From the NCBI RefSeq assembly GCF_009914755.1, contig NC_060935.1: a stretch of DNA of 64,000 nucleotides; one strand, 5' to 3'. Shown piece after piece: positions 1-15,110 of the stretch; position 1 is the first letter of the stretch, and each line of letters begins with the position of its first letter. Made by a program: the position numbers and the translations under genes. Source of the stretch: the human T2T-CHM13v2.0 reference genome, Homo sapiens. The notes under the pieces are model-generated. The model worked only from the letters and a program-made list of their open reading frames with translations, was not told where the DNA came from and searched no databases.

Positions 1-93
1 TGAAAAAGTTGCTGAGAGGAACAAAGACAATACACCAATATCAACCATTTATTGGATATGCATTATGTGCCTAGTTCTATGCTCAGCACTTTG

Positions 94-2296
94 GTTTACT
101 TTTTTATTTTTAATTTTTATTTCTTCTAAAAAGAATGAGATACATGTGCAGAACATGCAGGTTTGTTACATAGGTATACATGTGCCATGGTGGTTTGCTG
201 CACCTATTGACCCATCCTCTAAGTTACCTTCCCTTGCCCCCCAACCCCCAACAGGACCTGGTGTGTGTTTTTCCTCTCTGTATCCATGTGTTCTAATTTT
301 TCAACTCCCACTTATGAGTGAGAACATGTGGTGTTTGGTTTTCTGTTCCTGTGTTAGTTTGCTGAGGATGATAGCTTCCAGCTTCATCCACGTCCCTGCA
401 AAGGACATGATCTCATTCCTTTTTATAGCCACATAGTATTCCATAGTGTGTATGTACCACATTTTCTTTATCCAGTCTATCATTGATGACCATTTGGGTT
501 GGTTCTATGTCTTTGCTATTGTAAATAGTGCTGTAATAAACATATGTGTGCATGTGTCTTTATAGGAGAATGATTTATATTCCTTTGGGTATATGTCCAG
601 TAATGGGATTGCTGGGTCAAATGGTATTTCTGGTTCTAGATCCTTGAGGAACCGCCATACTGTCTTCCACAATGGTTGAACTAATTTACATCCCCACCAA
701 CAGTGTAAAAGTCTTCCTATTTCTCCACAGCCTCACAACCATCTATTGTTTCCAGACTTTTTAATAATTGCCATTCTGACTGGTGCGAGATGGTATCTCA
801 TTGTGGTTTTGATTTACATTTCTCTGATGATCAGTGATGTTTAGCTTTTTTTCATATGATTGTTGGCCATGTAAATGTCTTCTTTTGAGAAGTGTCTGTT
901 CATATCCTTTGCCCACTTTTTGATGTGGTTGTTTTTTTCTTGTAAATTTGTTTAAATTCCTTGTAAATTCTGGATATTAGACCTTTGTCAGATGGATAGA
1001 TTGCAAAAATCTTCTCCCATTCTGTAGATTGCCTGTTCACTCTGATGCTAGTTTCTTTTGCTGTGCAGAAGCTCTTTAGTTTAATTAGATCCCATTTGTC
1101 AATTTTAGCTTATGTTGCAATTGCTTTTGGTGTTTTAGTCATGAAGTCTTTGCCCATGCTTATGTCCTGAATGGTATTGTCTAGATTTTCTTCTAGGGTT
1201 TTTATGGTTTTGGGTTTTACATTTAAGTCTTTACTCCATCTTGAGTTAATTTTTGTAAGGTGAAAGGAAGGGGTCCAGTTTCAGTTTTCTGCATATGGCT
1301 AGCCAGTTTTCCCAGCACCGTTTACTAAATAGGAGACCCTTTCCCCATTGCTTATTTTTTCAGGTTTGTCGAAGATCAGATGGTTGTAGATGTGTGGTGT
1401 TATTTCTGAAGTCTCTGTTCTGTTCCATTGATCTATGTGTCCCTTTATGTTAAAAACTCTCAATAAACTAGGTATTGATGGAACATATCTCAAAATAAAA
1501 AGAGCTATTTATGACAAACCCACAGCCAATATCATACTGAATGGGCAAAAGTTGGAAGCATTCCCTTTGAAAACTGGTACAAGACAAGGATGCCCTCTCT
1601 CACCACTACTTTTCAACATAGTATTGGAAGTTCCGACCAGGGCATCAGGCAAGAGAAAGAAATAAAGCATATTCAAATAAGAAGAGAGGAAGTCAAATTG
1701 TCTCTATCTGCAGATGACATGATTTTATATTTAGAAAACCCCATCATCTCCGCCCCAAAACTCCTTAAACTTATAAGCAACTTCAGCAAAGTCTCAGGAT
1801 ACAAAATCAATGTGCAAAAATCACAACCATTTCTTTACACCAACAATAGACAGCAGAGAGCCAAATCATGAATGAACTCCCAGTCACCATTGCTACAAAG
1901 AGAATAAAATACCTAGGAATACAGCTAACAAGGGATGTGAAGGACCTTTTCAAGGAGAACTACAAACCACTGCTCAAGGAAATAAGGGAGGATACAAACA
2001 AATGGAGAAACGTTCCATCCTCATGGGTAGGAAGAATCAATATCGTGAAAATGGTCATACTGCCTAAAGTAATTCATGGATTCAATGCTATACCCATCAA
2101 ACTACCATTGATATTCTTCCTAGAATTAGAAAAAAATCTACTTTAAATTTCATATGGAACCAACAGAGAGCCTGTATAGTCAAGACAATCCTAAGCAAAA
2201 AGAACAAAGCTGGTGACATCACCCTACCTGACTTTAAACTATACTACAAGGCTACAGCAACCAAAACAGCATGGTACTGGTACCAAAACAGACATT
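94..2296 (-). mobile_element. 5'-truncated, 5'-inverted L1 (L1PA8-like): 3' part on minus (94-~1440), inverted ORF2 part on plus (~1441-2295)
   Basis: L1 3'UTR and A-tail on minus; RT-region peptides on plus (…[12 protein letters not shown]…); identical 14 bp TSD TGCTCAGCACTTTG at 80-93 and 2297-2310. Confidence 0.93.
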
Positions 2297-4734
2297 TGCT
2301 CAGCACTTTGAATCAGAATCTCACATCATCTTCCCAGGACCTCTAAGAAAGAACTGGAGAAGACAGAGCTTAAATGATTTGCCCCAGTCACTTATTGCCT
2401 CAGCTAACAGACTGTGGAGCTGGCATTCAAACTCATGTCTGGCTGATTCCAAAGACTATTACAACACTGGAGACTGCAAAGCACTTTAAGATTGTATTTT
2501 CACCACTTATGTAGAAATTATAAACTCATTTCAGCCAGTTAAAACCTCCACTCTTGAATTGATCTGATTTGGAGTTAACTTAAACCCAAAATACACAGGA
2601 TGGATTTTGCCTTTGCTGTGAGTCCAGAACCCCTCTTTGCTCCATCTGAGCAGACTGAGGACCTGTTTTCCTTTCTGTCTGGGCTCTCAATGGATCAAAC
2701 AGACACCAACCCCTTCTCAAAGCAGGCATAACCTTCTCTGAGGGACCCAGGTCTCCAAATTCCCAGGGTGGTGCCTTATCTTCGACCTCAATTCCTTGTC
2801 TTCTCAGCTTTTTAGCAACAGGCACCAACCAGGTGCCTATGGATTTTTTTTCATAGTCTCTCAAAGCTAAGTCCTCAAACCTCAAATATTCACTTGATTT
2901 GCCAAACACTTCCCTGAGTTAAGTGTTGTGGAAATTAAGCTTTTCAATATCTTCTCTATATCTCTCTAGCCTATAAAGAGGTCCAGCCACTTCTCTGATA
3001 CTGGTATTATTTTTCACATTGTATTGCATATTAAGAGCTTGGTACTCCCAGCTCCATACCACTTACCACTTCCAATACATTAATGAGCTTTTTGATAAAA
3101 TGTACTAAATACTAAACCATGTCAGATGTGGCCATGAGACGACTTTTAGGGTTTTTGGCCATAAGAATACACGCATTCTGGCGGAACCAAATCGTTTTTT
3201 AAAAAATATCACGGAGTATGAAAAACCAAGAGCTATAGCCTTTGGCTTGAGGTCCTTTTGGACATTTTTTTTTACTTTCAGAAATCAAAACAGGAATTTA
3301 TGAACTATTCTTCCATCGGTACAAATCTTAGTGAGCTTCTAGCCACATCCGGACCCTACACATATTTTTTCAAGGCCACAATTTGAGAAGCTGTAGCCTC
3401 TGGATAATTGGAATTATGGAATTTTTGAGTTGGAGGTTACCCAAGAAATCATCTAGTACAGGATTCTGAAACTTCTGGTAAGTAAGGATTAACTATTCAA
3501 TCATGAATGGCACTTTACATACATTAACTTATTTTGTCCTCCCCCAATTCTCATAAAGTACATTCTAGTATTATTCCCATTTTATGGATGAAGAAATGGA
3601 GAAACAGAGAATTAAGTTACCTGTCCAAGACTCAACATCAGGTAGTAACACTCCACTTAACCACATCTTTATACTGCATCTTGATCAAGGTAGAAATACA
3701 GGCCTCAAGGTGGGATGACTTATCAAGATCACAGAGCTAATAAGAGTTCACCTCTGTCTGAGTCTGCACCTTGCTTTCAGAAAGCTATTGAGGAAGTACT
3801 TCATTACTACTTACCCCATACACATGGGGGTGTTGGTGGTGGTGTGAGGTAAGTAGCAGTGAAGCACCTCCTTCCTCTTCTCAACTTCCCATACTCAGAA
3901 TCTCAGCACTCTGACCTTGAGGGTGCTATGGCTTAGGGGTTGGGGCTGGGGGACAGAGTGAAACCTAAGTCATGGCTCTTGCTCTCAAGGATTTTCTTGC
4001 ATAACAACTTCTTAAAGTCACAAAATATTCTTGTAGTGATTTCAGAGCATACTTCTTTGAAAAGATTAAAAACCACCAATAACAATTAAAAAAACTCATA
4101 AACATCCTAATTGCATAGAACGCATGGATAAGCAGAAGGAAGTAAAACTTATAGTCTCACCACCAAAGCACAACCACTATTGACATTTTGGTATATGTTC
4201 TTGTCACTTTAAGACAGTACATATATTGTTAGTTGTGACTATAAACAAAAAGCAATGTTATATCCTGCTTTTCCAGTAAATATTGTCTGCATTATGACCC
4301 ATTTTGGTAAATATCTTTTTAAAAGTTTGTGTAATACACCGTGATAAGGGATATGCCATAATTTACTTAACTATTCCTTTGTTAGGCATTTGTGCTATTT
4401 TCTAAATGTTTCATTATCATAAATAATTGTAAAGAGATTTTATGAATAAATCTTTTATGATATTTAGGTTTACTTCTCTTGGACATATTTTCAACATGAA
4501 AATACTGGAATTTCTCTTCACCTGAAACATCACTTTATTAGGAAATTCTCAGTGCTGATGTTAATTCTTAAACTGTTAACTGTCTATATGGAAATAAGCA
4601 AGTCATTGTGGGATTTTAAATTCTTCTTAAATGAACTATTTTTTTTCCAAATCATATCAATACTATAGTTCATTCTTTGGTAGAATGACAAATAGAATTA
4701 CCCTGCCCACTAACAGTACAAGCACATCTGAAAG

Positions 4735-5213
4735 TCACACAGCATCAGAAAGTGGTTAAGAATAAGAATTCTACCTCTGTGATAGTCCTTTGAAAAACTC
4801 ATAACTTCAGTCTAATAATGAGGAAAACATCATATAAACCTAGTTGGGGGACATTCTACAAGATACCTAGCCAGTGCCCTTTAGGACTGTCAAGGTCATG
4901 AAAAATAAGGAAAGATTGAGACACTGTCATAACCCAGAGGGGATGAGGAGACATGGCAGCCAAATGTAATGTGGTACCTTGGATTGGATCCTAGAACAGA
5001 AAAGAGGCACCAATAGAAAAACTGGTGAAATCCAAAGAAAGTCTGGAGTTTAGTTCATAGTCATGTACCAATATTAATTTCTTAGTTTTGATAAATGTTA
5101 AATGATAAAACCATGGAAATGTTAACAATGTGGGAAAACTGGGTAAGGGGTATACATGAACTCTTGTACTACCTTTGCAACTTTTCTGTACATCTAAAAT
5201 ACTCCAAGATAGT

Positions 5214-5215
<2 letters not shown>
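4735..5215 (+). mobile_element. Ancient L1M (L1MC/L1ME-type) 3'UTR fragment
   Basis: Recognised motifs GGGACATTCTACAA…TGTCAAGGTCATGAAA…GGATTGGATCCT…CTTTGCAACTTTTCTGTA. Confidence 0.7.

Positions 5216-5252
<37 letters not shown>
5216..5252 (+). repeat. Pure T37 homopolymer (A37 on ME3 sense strand)
   Basis: Direct count of uninterrupted T. Confidence 0.95.
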
Positions 5253-5257
<5 letters not shown>

Positions 5258-6199
5258 TGAAGAACAAGCGATCTGGAGCCAGTATGATTTGGTTTTCAGT
5301 TCTGGGTCTGGCATTTATTACTGCTGAGTGGCCTTGGACAAATTATTTCCTTGAGCTTTAGTTCATCTAGTATATACATAAAAAATTACCTACTACAGGG
5401 GATTGTAGGTTTTGAAAATAATAATGCAGTTAAAGCACTGAGCATTATTCCTGGCACAAGGTAAGCACTCAACAAATGTAAGCCATATGTTTATTTTGTT
5501 TAGTTTGAAGGTTCTTCTTTCCAATTCTTAGTTTCCTCTAAGGTAACTAAGTCTCGTTTAAAAGTTAAACTCAATATAAAGAAGACAAACTGTTGCATGA
5601 ATCTGGAAATGATAACTGATGTGGGCTTTGGGGTCATTGCTATTGTTTTCTATGTAGTTATTTTAGGTCATTTCCTAAAGGTAGGTGTACTGAGAAGATT
5701 CAAGATTTTGAAGAGACTCTACATTTTAGCACTGATTGCCCAAAATAACCAACTTACAAATGCCCATTGTAAGACATGGGAATTTTTTCATTTGAGCTGC
5801 TTAGAAAAACAATCTTGTAGAGAATTGAAAATGGTCTGTGCTTGGCCTCTACCCAAAGGCAAATTATTTTAGTATGAAAGTCTAAGGAAAATAATTTAAC
5901 CACAAGCTATGTGAAGAGGAAAGGAAAAATAACCAAAGGATAAAGAAAAATATACTTTGGCTCTTTCATATATAAAATTTCTTTTTTGGGTGCTAAACTG
6001 CAGCACAGATGTGAAACCTGATCTACAAGTTAGGGTCTAAATGACAAAGGAAAAATAAATAATCCAAAAATCTAAAAAATATTCTGAGATGACATTAAAC
6101 TGCAGTCAAAGACTGTAAATGAGCATGGCCAGAAACCATTATTCAATATTGGACCTGGAGTCTAGGACCTGAGTTCAAATTCACAAGATGTAGGATCAT

Positions 6200-6509
<310 letters not shown>

Positions 6510-6724
6510 CTACCTAACATAAATCACCTAGCTTCAGTTTTCTTACTCCAAAAATTGTGGTAATATTCACATCAAAAATTCTTATAGAGCTAATACAAGG
6601 ATTAAATGAGATAATGTCTGTGAAAAACGCCTTCCACAGAGGTCACATTTAGGAAGCAATGAAGAAATATTAGCTAAGTCTAAATCTAAACATACACAGC
6701 CTTGAAGCTGGTCACAATTGTTTC

Positions 6725-7431
<707 letters not shown>

Positions 7432-7592
7432 GTTTCTAAAGTTAAATATGCAATCTTGTTGGTGAAAAATACTATTAATGTGAGAAATTATAGAATACTG
7501 AAATCGTATAATAAAGTATTAAATTGAGGGTTAAAAATATGGTACTAATTAACTTCAGTTTTCTTCTGGCTGCCAAATTTGATCTTACTTGT

Positions 7593-7954
7593 TGATAATG
7601 GTTTGGCTGTGTCCCCACCCAAATCTCATCTTGAATTGTAGCTCCCATAATTCCCACATGTTGTGGGAGGCACCTGGTGGGAGATAATTGAATCACAGGA
7701 GGGGTTTCCCCCATACTGTTCTCGTGGTGGTGAATAAGTCTCATGAGATCTGATGGTTTTATAAGGGGAAACCCCTTTTGCTTGGTTCTCATTCTTTCTT
7801 GTCCTCTGCCATGTAAGACGTGCTTCTACCTTCTGCCATGTCTGTGAGACTTCCCCAGCCACGTGGAACTGTGAGTCCATTAAGCCTCCTTTTCTTTATA
7901 AATTACCTCGTCTGGGGTATGTCTTTATCAGGTACATGAAAACAGACTAATACA
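7593..7954 (+). mobile_element. THE1-family MaLR solo LTR
   Basis: TGATAATGGTTTGGCTGTGTCCCCACCCAAATCTCATCTTGAATTGTAGCTCCC…AGACTAATACA. Confidence 0.9.
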
Positions 7955-10900
7955 GTTGTCAACATGATACCTTTTAAAAGTGGAAATAAGGAAGGGCTTG
8001 GATTAAATATTATACATTAATTAGGGCAGCAAATTCATCCCTTAAGTGTGAGCCTGATTAGCTGATTAATGTTCTTCCAACTATGGGATTCACAATAATT
8101 CACAGCCACAAACCATTTTTCCAGGGAATAAGCTCTTCCATACAAGTAAATTTTCCAGTGTAGTTATCTTACCCTGTTAAGTGCTAACATGTCAGTATTT
8201 TTTACACAAAAATAAATAATAAAAAGTTACATTATCTGTTTCATATTCTAGACTACAAACACAAATCCTATTTTCCCTTAAATCTCTACACTTAGCACAG
8301 TGCCTGGCACGTACTAGATGTTCAAAAAACGTTTTTTTAAACTGAAGTGTATGACATATATCCCTATTTTCTTAAACAGAGTTAATGAATATGAAACAAT
8401 CTTATCAATGACTATAATAATTATTCTTAACTAAATAACTATATATCATTTCGGGTGAGTGAAGTCCTTTGGGCAATTTGCCTTCATGAAATGGTCTCAG
8501 ACATGTAATCTTTTAATTTTCCCAGCTTGCTTTTAAAGTTTTCTATTTCTTCTCTTATTGAAAAGACATCAGTGATCACTGCTAGCTGTTGTCACATTGC
8601 CTCCTTTTAGGGTCTACTCTTTTCTAATATGTTGTATACTGGGAACCCAGAGAATCAACTTGTTAGGATGACATCTAAAAATAAGAGTGATATGCAAGGG
8701 GCTTTGGAGTTAGTATGTGAAATCAGATCTTTGGATTAAAACTGCAGCACTATGCTGTATGGTCACAGAGAAAATGTCAATCACATGTAAGGGAACAATC
8801 ATTAAAGGGAGTTTATCTCACATTCATTTGCACATTTGTTCTGCAGCTTACAAAGGGGATACCTTTATGCCTTCAAGAAGATACAGGCACCTCTACCAGG
8901 TAGCCCACTTTGAGGAGTTAATTTCAGCTACTTGTGTGCCTTAATATCATACATCTTTTTTTGATCAAATATTTTAAAATTCAGACATTTTGCTAATTCA
9001 GCCAATCTCTCTGTCCTCTAGGGCCTCAGTCCAGTTTCCTGAGGTTTTTAAAAAATCAGATCCATCTGACCTAGGCCCACTTGTCTTGGTGCATTTTCCC
9101 AGCAGAGCATGAGGTTTCTCATGCTTGTGATTGGTTAAGTAATACAATACAGCCCAGGTTCCTGACCGGGCCTCCACCAAAGTAAGGTCTGGGTTGGGAT
9201 CCAAGGGACAAATGATGTCGAGGGAACTCTTCCAGGCCTCACAATAAAGTGTCCAGACCAAAATGTTTCAGTTTTGAGTCCAGATCAGAAAATTAAAACC
9301 CACCTATTCCTGCCATCTCCAAATTTTGCTAGAATTGCTTTGGGAAAACTGTTTGCCAACTTGAAATATTTATTTCCTATCCTGACACAATGTTCTTTGA
9401 GGTAATAAGAGGAGAAAAGTCACTATTTTCAACAATTTCAATCCAGGCCTAAGGCCAGTAAGAAAACATTGTTTTTATTGGTATAGAATTCATGGGATTT
9501 AAGAACAATTAAGGTCAGCTACATCATAGTTTTTAAACTTTTTTGCTCCTCAGTCTTGGCTAATTTGTTAGCATGATTCTCAGAATTCTTAAACAAAAAT
9601 GCAGAACTTTGAATTATTTACAATTGGCCTGAGAATGTCTCTTGAGTAATCATCAGGCCAGGACTGGTTCCATCACTTCAGAAAGTTTTTTTTCTAAAGT
9701 TAAATCAGGAGTCTTTCTTTTCTTTCTCTCCTTCCATTCTTTTTCTTTCCTTCCTTTCTCTTTCTTTCCTACAAATGCTTCAACTTTGAACTTGTTTTTG
9801 TGAATAGGGTTGTATTCAAATTCAAGCTGACTTAAAATATAAGTTTAAGGCAAAGTTAGTCTAACTTCAGCATAATTTGATAATAAAGATCTAGTGGGCT
9901 TTCAGGAGAAATAACATTCAAATCATAATTACAATCGAGGTTGGAATAATAGGGAGAGGGAAGGTCTGAGGAGATTTGAAATAAATCAAAATATAAAACA
10001 ATGTGTTAAATGCACTTTTATATAAATGAAAATGAACCCTGTAAAGCAGAATGTGAAATTACTTTTTCCTTTAAGAGAGTTATTTTTAGAGCTTACAGGA
10101 GCTTTATGGATTATCTCTAGTCCAGAGATAACAGGAAAGTTTCAACTTCCAGCATTGTTAATGGGCGCCTAGGGCTCTATGTTAAATATTGTATTGGGTA
10201 GCCTCATCAGGCCTCAGCGAGGAGTGTCATGATTGATTAATGATGTTTGCCATGGCCAGGTGAGAATGTAGGTGGTGCAGGACTTGTGGAAGAATATGTG
10301 TGGAAGGATGCGTTCCAGATACCTTTCATGGATCCAGTCTAACCTACAACCTTGACAGCAGTAAAATCTTAGACTGCAGAGAAATTGTCTGCCAATAGTC
10401 ACATGGATAGGTTGTGCCAGAGCTAAAACAAAAGCTCTGCATGTGGGTTCTCATTTTACGCCTCCCTATCAATGGGAGTCATTTAAAAATGCATTACATA
10501 CTACAGACACTGCCATATCCAGTGATATATCTACAGGGATTGTGGGAGGGCATTAAAATAAAAAAAGTTGTTTGCTGCTCACTCAGTGCTCTCTTGAGAT
10601 GAGAATACCTAATAGTGTCTGTTAGAACAGGTGGCTTTCTGGTAGATCTGATAGATTACTGATTCAGTCAAAGGTGAGGCCTCAGCAACTATATTTTTAT
10701 CAAGAGCTCAGAAGGTCTGTGGACCACAACTGAAAAACACTGAGACAATATCTCGTTTCTTCCTGAAAGTTGTGTTCCCTGGTTTTCCCACTTCACACTG
10801 TTCTTTGTACCACCTCTTCTGTCTATGGGTCTCTTTCTCCTGTGTATATTTTTTGATGTTTTCTTGTTTCTTCTCCCACTTTTTGGTGCAGCTTCTCTTA

Positions 10901-11183
10901 TTCCTGACTCTGGCTGCCATCGTTGGCTGATGAAAGAGTTCCTTTTATTTGGTGAGTTCATCCATCAAGATTGTCTTCGAAGCTTTGTCTTTGAAGTTTT
11001 CACCTATTCCCAACCACTCCCCCTGGAAGCTTGTTTCCTGCACTGTTAAGAGCATGGACCCTGAAGGCGGACTACCTGGATTCAAACCCTACCTCCACCT
11101 CTTATTGGGAGAATGACCTTGTGTAAATGACATCACTTCTGTGTCTCAGTTAACACGCCTGTAAAATGGAAATAATATCTATT

Positions 11184-11694
11184 TGTGACGGTTAGTTTTA
11201 TGTGCCAACTTGACTGAGTCAGAGAATACCGAGACAGCAGGTAAAACATTATTTCTGAGTGTCTATGAGGGTGTATCTGGAAGAGATTAGCATTTGAATC
11301 AGTAGAATGAGTCAAGAAGATCTGCGTAGTCTCATCTGGTATCATCCAATCCACTGAGGGCTCACCCAAATAGAACAAAAAGGCAGAGGAAGGGTGCATT
11401 GTCACTCTCCTCTTGAGCCAGGACATCCGTCTTCTCCTGCCCTTGGATATCAGAGCTCCTGGTTCTTGGGTCTTCAGACTCTGGGACTTATACCCTGGCT
11501 CTCCTCATTCTCAGGCCTTTGAACTCAGACTGAATCACACCACTGGCTTACCTGGTGCTCCAACTTGCAGATGGTATGTTTTGCATTCTTTCTGGCTTCT
11601 GTAATTGCCTGAGCAAATTCCTATAATAAATCTCCTCTTACATATCTGTATATGTCCTGTTGGTTTTGTTTCTTTGGAGAACCCTGACTAACAT
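11184..11694 (+). mobile_element. MLT2 (ERVL) solo LTR inserted in a MIR (MIR pieces ~11045-11183 and ~11695-11790)
   Basis: TGTGACGGTTAGTTTTATGTGCCAACTTGAC…AAACATTATTTCTG…GGAGAACCCTGACTAACA; MIR core CTGTAAAATGG to the left and GATTAA…TTAGAACAG to the right. Confidence 0.85.
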
Positions 11695-13929
11695 GATTGT
11701 TATGAAGATTAATTTAAATGAGTTAATGAAAGTTAAAGTGCTTAGAACAGGGTGTAGTATATTAAGGTGTTATGTAAGTTGTTGCTATTATTTTTGGCTT
11801 CATACTGTTTAAGGCTGCCAGACAGTCGAGAGTCAAGTAACCAAGGCATTGTTATAGAAATAGCAATGTTATAGAAATAACAACTTAATCCATGGCTCAG
11901 TCAACCAGTATTTCACAGTTACCTCTGAGGGTCTTTCCAGTTCGGTAGCAAGCAATAATGAAATGTTCTCTGTGTGCCCAGGTGTGTTGTGGAACATACT
12001 TTTCCCCTCTGGAGATTATGAATGCCTTTTCTTAATAGAGTAGATGTCTTCTGAAATGTCTGCCCAGATCAAAATCACACCTCCCTGCCTGCCCACACAC
12101 ATATGCCCACTCCCTCTCCAGCAGGCTTGACGTACAACGTGACCCCTTCCCTCTAGCTGCTGACTAAACCAGGAGTATCCACCTAACTCAAGCTGGACCA
12201 ATCCATTCTTTCTCTTATAGTTTATTTTTGAGACCAGGATTTTATGCCTCTTTGAGGTCGGAAGTTTAATATAAACTTTGGGAGCTGTGGGGCAGCCATG
12301 TTCCCCACAATGTTGGGAAGTTGAAGCTGGCTTATTGGCCATAAGAAAGAAGCTGGACGATTCAGAGGGCTTCTCAGCCCCTAGTTCAGTATTCCCCTGA
12401 GCCTGCCTGAATTCCACTAACTGGCTCTTGTCAGACACCCCTATAACCTCCTATTCCCTATTTCTCTTAATCTAGATACATTTGTTTTTGTTTAAACCAG
12501 CAGAGATTTAGCATTTAGTTTCATTAGCAGTTGCTGTGAAATTTGTGGATTCTCTGACAAATCCCCTCCAAGCCAATAAACAGAATCAAATAAAAACAAT
12601 ATGTTTACCATATAAATATAGGTTTGAGAACACTCCTCTATTCTCCTTATTCCCAATGCCCCACTCAACCAGATTACTGCCCAAGGCCACACCTCATGCA
12701 GAGTTTCTGGAGTGGCTACTAATTATAGGAACATCTGAGATAACTGGTCACAGAAAATTGCGTAAGATTGATTTTGTTGCTTTAAAAATAGCCTATGTGG
12801 AAAACTTAGCTGATTACATTGAGTGATTCGATTTTATTAGCTGGTTAATAGGTAAACTGAATGAATAAATGTTTGTTAAACATACCATTCTTTGGCTTTT
12901 CTCTGTTATTTCCATCTGATTCCTCCAAACTTCTCCTCTGGCATCAGATAGCGGGAGAGAAAGGGCAAGTGGACTGCTCTAAGGACCAGATCACAGAGGG
13001 TCTCATGTACCATTGTCAGGACATTGACTTTACTTGGAGAAGAACAGTATTGCAAAAGCCACAGAGAAAAGAGAAAATGTAGCATGTGGAGCCCTGCAAG
13101 TATTTGGACTATGTGTAGAGAGATGAGACCAGAGAGGTAGAGAGGAGTTGGCAAATGACATGCTTAGGAGAAAGGACATTGTCCTGAAGTAACAGAATAC
13201 CATTTAGTCATGTTCAAATTTGCTAGAAGAAACACTTCTGTTTTCAGTACTTTTAATTAAATATTTTTCTTTAGTATTCTCATTATAAAATAACCAATTA
13301 CTTAAACAGTATATAGAATACAAAATAGAAGTGTTCTTACCCCCATTGCCAAACTCCTCACCAGACAGTAACTATCGTTAACAAAGTATGTCCGAGAAAG
13401 CTTGGGTAGAAGATCCAGCACCCTGAGTTTGGTGACCATAGTTACAGAGTACAGGGATTGTTTCCACGCAGCAAGATCTAAGAATGAAGACGCGTAGCTG
13501 ATCATACATCCTAGATAACTCAAAGACCCCAAGGAACATCAACATTTGTTCAAAATACAGGAACAATGATGAATTTGCAGTGCCTCAATTACATAATCAG
13601 GAACCTCCCATATCACCAGCTGGAAAGCACTCGCCTGCCAGCTCATGACTGGGGAGAATATGGGCTCTGGAGTCAAAGAGACCTGGGTTTGAATCCCAGC
13701 TCTTACAGGTAACTGTTGGCTAAACCTTTCTGTGACTCAGATTCCTTCTCCATGTATTCAACCATGCAATAAATATTTATCCAGAGCCTTCTAAGTGTCA
13801 GACCTTGTGCCAGGCACAGGGGATCAGCAGAAAGAAACCCCGTCACTGCTGTCATGAAGCCAGCCTGATGAGACACACAGACATTGAGTCAGAATTCACA
13901 AATTAATGTAAAACTGAAATTAAGAGGCT

Positions 13930-14190
13930 CTGTAGTATAGTATTAATAGTACAGACCCTGAAACAAGATTGTCTGAGTTCAAGGTCTGGTTCTTCTGCTT
14001 TCTAGCTGAGTGTAACTTTGAGTAAGTAGGTATTTCCCTCTCTGTGTCTCTGTATCGTTACCTGTAAAATGGGGATAATATGAGTATATACCTCCACAGG
14101 GTTTTTGTGGGATTAAATCTTGAAAACTGCTTAGAATTGTGCTGGTACATAGTGCTATATAAGTATTCATCCATATTTTCACTAATTATA
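13930..14190 (+). mobile_element. MIR SINE
   Basis: Core GTAACTTTGAGTAAG…CCTGTAAAATGGGGATAAT…GCTGGTACATAGT. Confidence 0.75.
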
Positions 14191-14276
14191 GTAAATGATA
14201 TGGAGAAAAGATACACAGTGCAATATAGATATGACAGAGGGGACTGACTACATCACGAAGTTCAGAGAAGGCTTCC

Positions 14277-15110
14277 TGTGCCAGTTATTAAATTATTGTC
14301 TCATTTCTCCAAACCTACTCCTCTATTGTCTGTGTTGCAATGTTGGGGCTGGAACCCTGTAAACCACATTGCAAACTGCCTTTATGCTTGGCTCTGCCAA
14401 GAGAGTACAATAGTGAGAGAACAAAAGCCTGGAAGAGAAAGAAGAAACTGGCTCCTTTCTGTCTACTTCCTGAGCGATTTCTGTGGCATCCTCTACCTGT
14501 GAGTGGCACCCAGGGAATGCTTCTTCACCTGGGCAGCAGCAGTTCCCTCCTGTGGCAACAGCTCAGTGTAGTGAACAGTTTTTCTGCTATTTGTAAAACC
14601 AGCCTCATTGCACCCCGTCTCATAGACACCTTCACCAGCCAGTTGGCACCCTCTCCTCAGAAGTCTGGGTCTCAGACCTCTTGGCCTCGTCTCTAATTTT
14701 CTGCCTTTTAATAATTCCAACTTTTGTTCCTGTAGACCTAAAGGTGGTAGGTACTTCCTAGAGTTGCTACCCCTGTGACACCTTAGAGCAGAGACTGTCA
14801 AACATTTTCTGTAAAGGGCCAGATAGTAAATATTTCAAACTTGGTGGGCCACATAAAAACTTTGTTGCATTTTCTTTCTAACAAGCTTTATAAAGGTAAA
14901 AACCATTCTTAGCTCACCAGTCATACAAATAGGCCATGAACTGAATTTGGCACATGGGCCACAGTTTGCCAATCCCAGCTTAGAGTTTTCTTTTTTCTTC
15001 TGTCACCTAGCCAACAACTTTGCACTTATTTAATCATTCATTATATTATATCCCCTCTGTTTCAAATAAATGGTGTGGTTTTTGTCTCCTGCCTAGACCC
15101 TAACTGGTAT
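14277..15110 (+). mobile_element. ERVL LTR (LTR33-like) interrupted by MER58
   Basis: GCTGGAACCCTGTAAAC near the start and GGTGTGGTTTTTGTCTCCTG…ACCCTAACTGGTATA at the end. Confidence 0.65.
14789..14978 (+). mobile_element. MER58-type hAT-Charlie DNA transposon
   Basis: TTTTCTGTAAAGGGCCAGATAGTAAATATTT…GGGCCACAGTTTGCCAATCCC; flanking CTTAGAG direct repeat. Confidence 0.85.

Noticed and set aside
3060-3400. Mildly CpG-enriched segment that looked foreign
   Set aside because: It ends in a hAT/Charlie-like terminus (CCACAATTTGAGAAGCTG), so it is probably an old DNA-transposon relic; no ORF support.
4991-5361. Poly-Lys / poly-Phe ORFs
   Set aside because: Translations of the T37 homopolymer.
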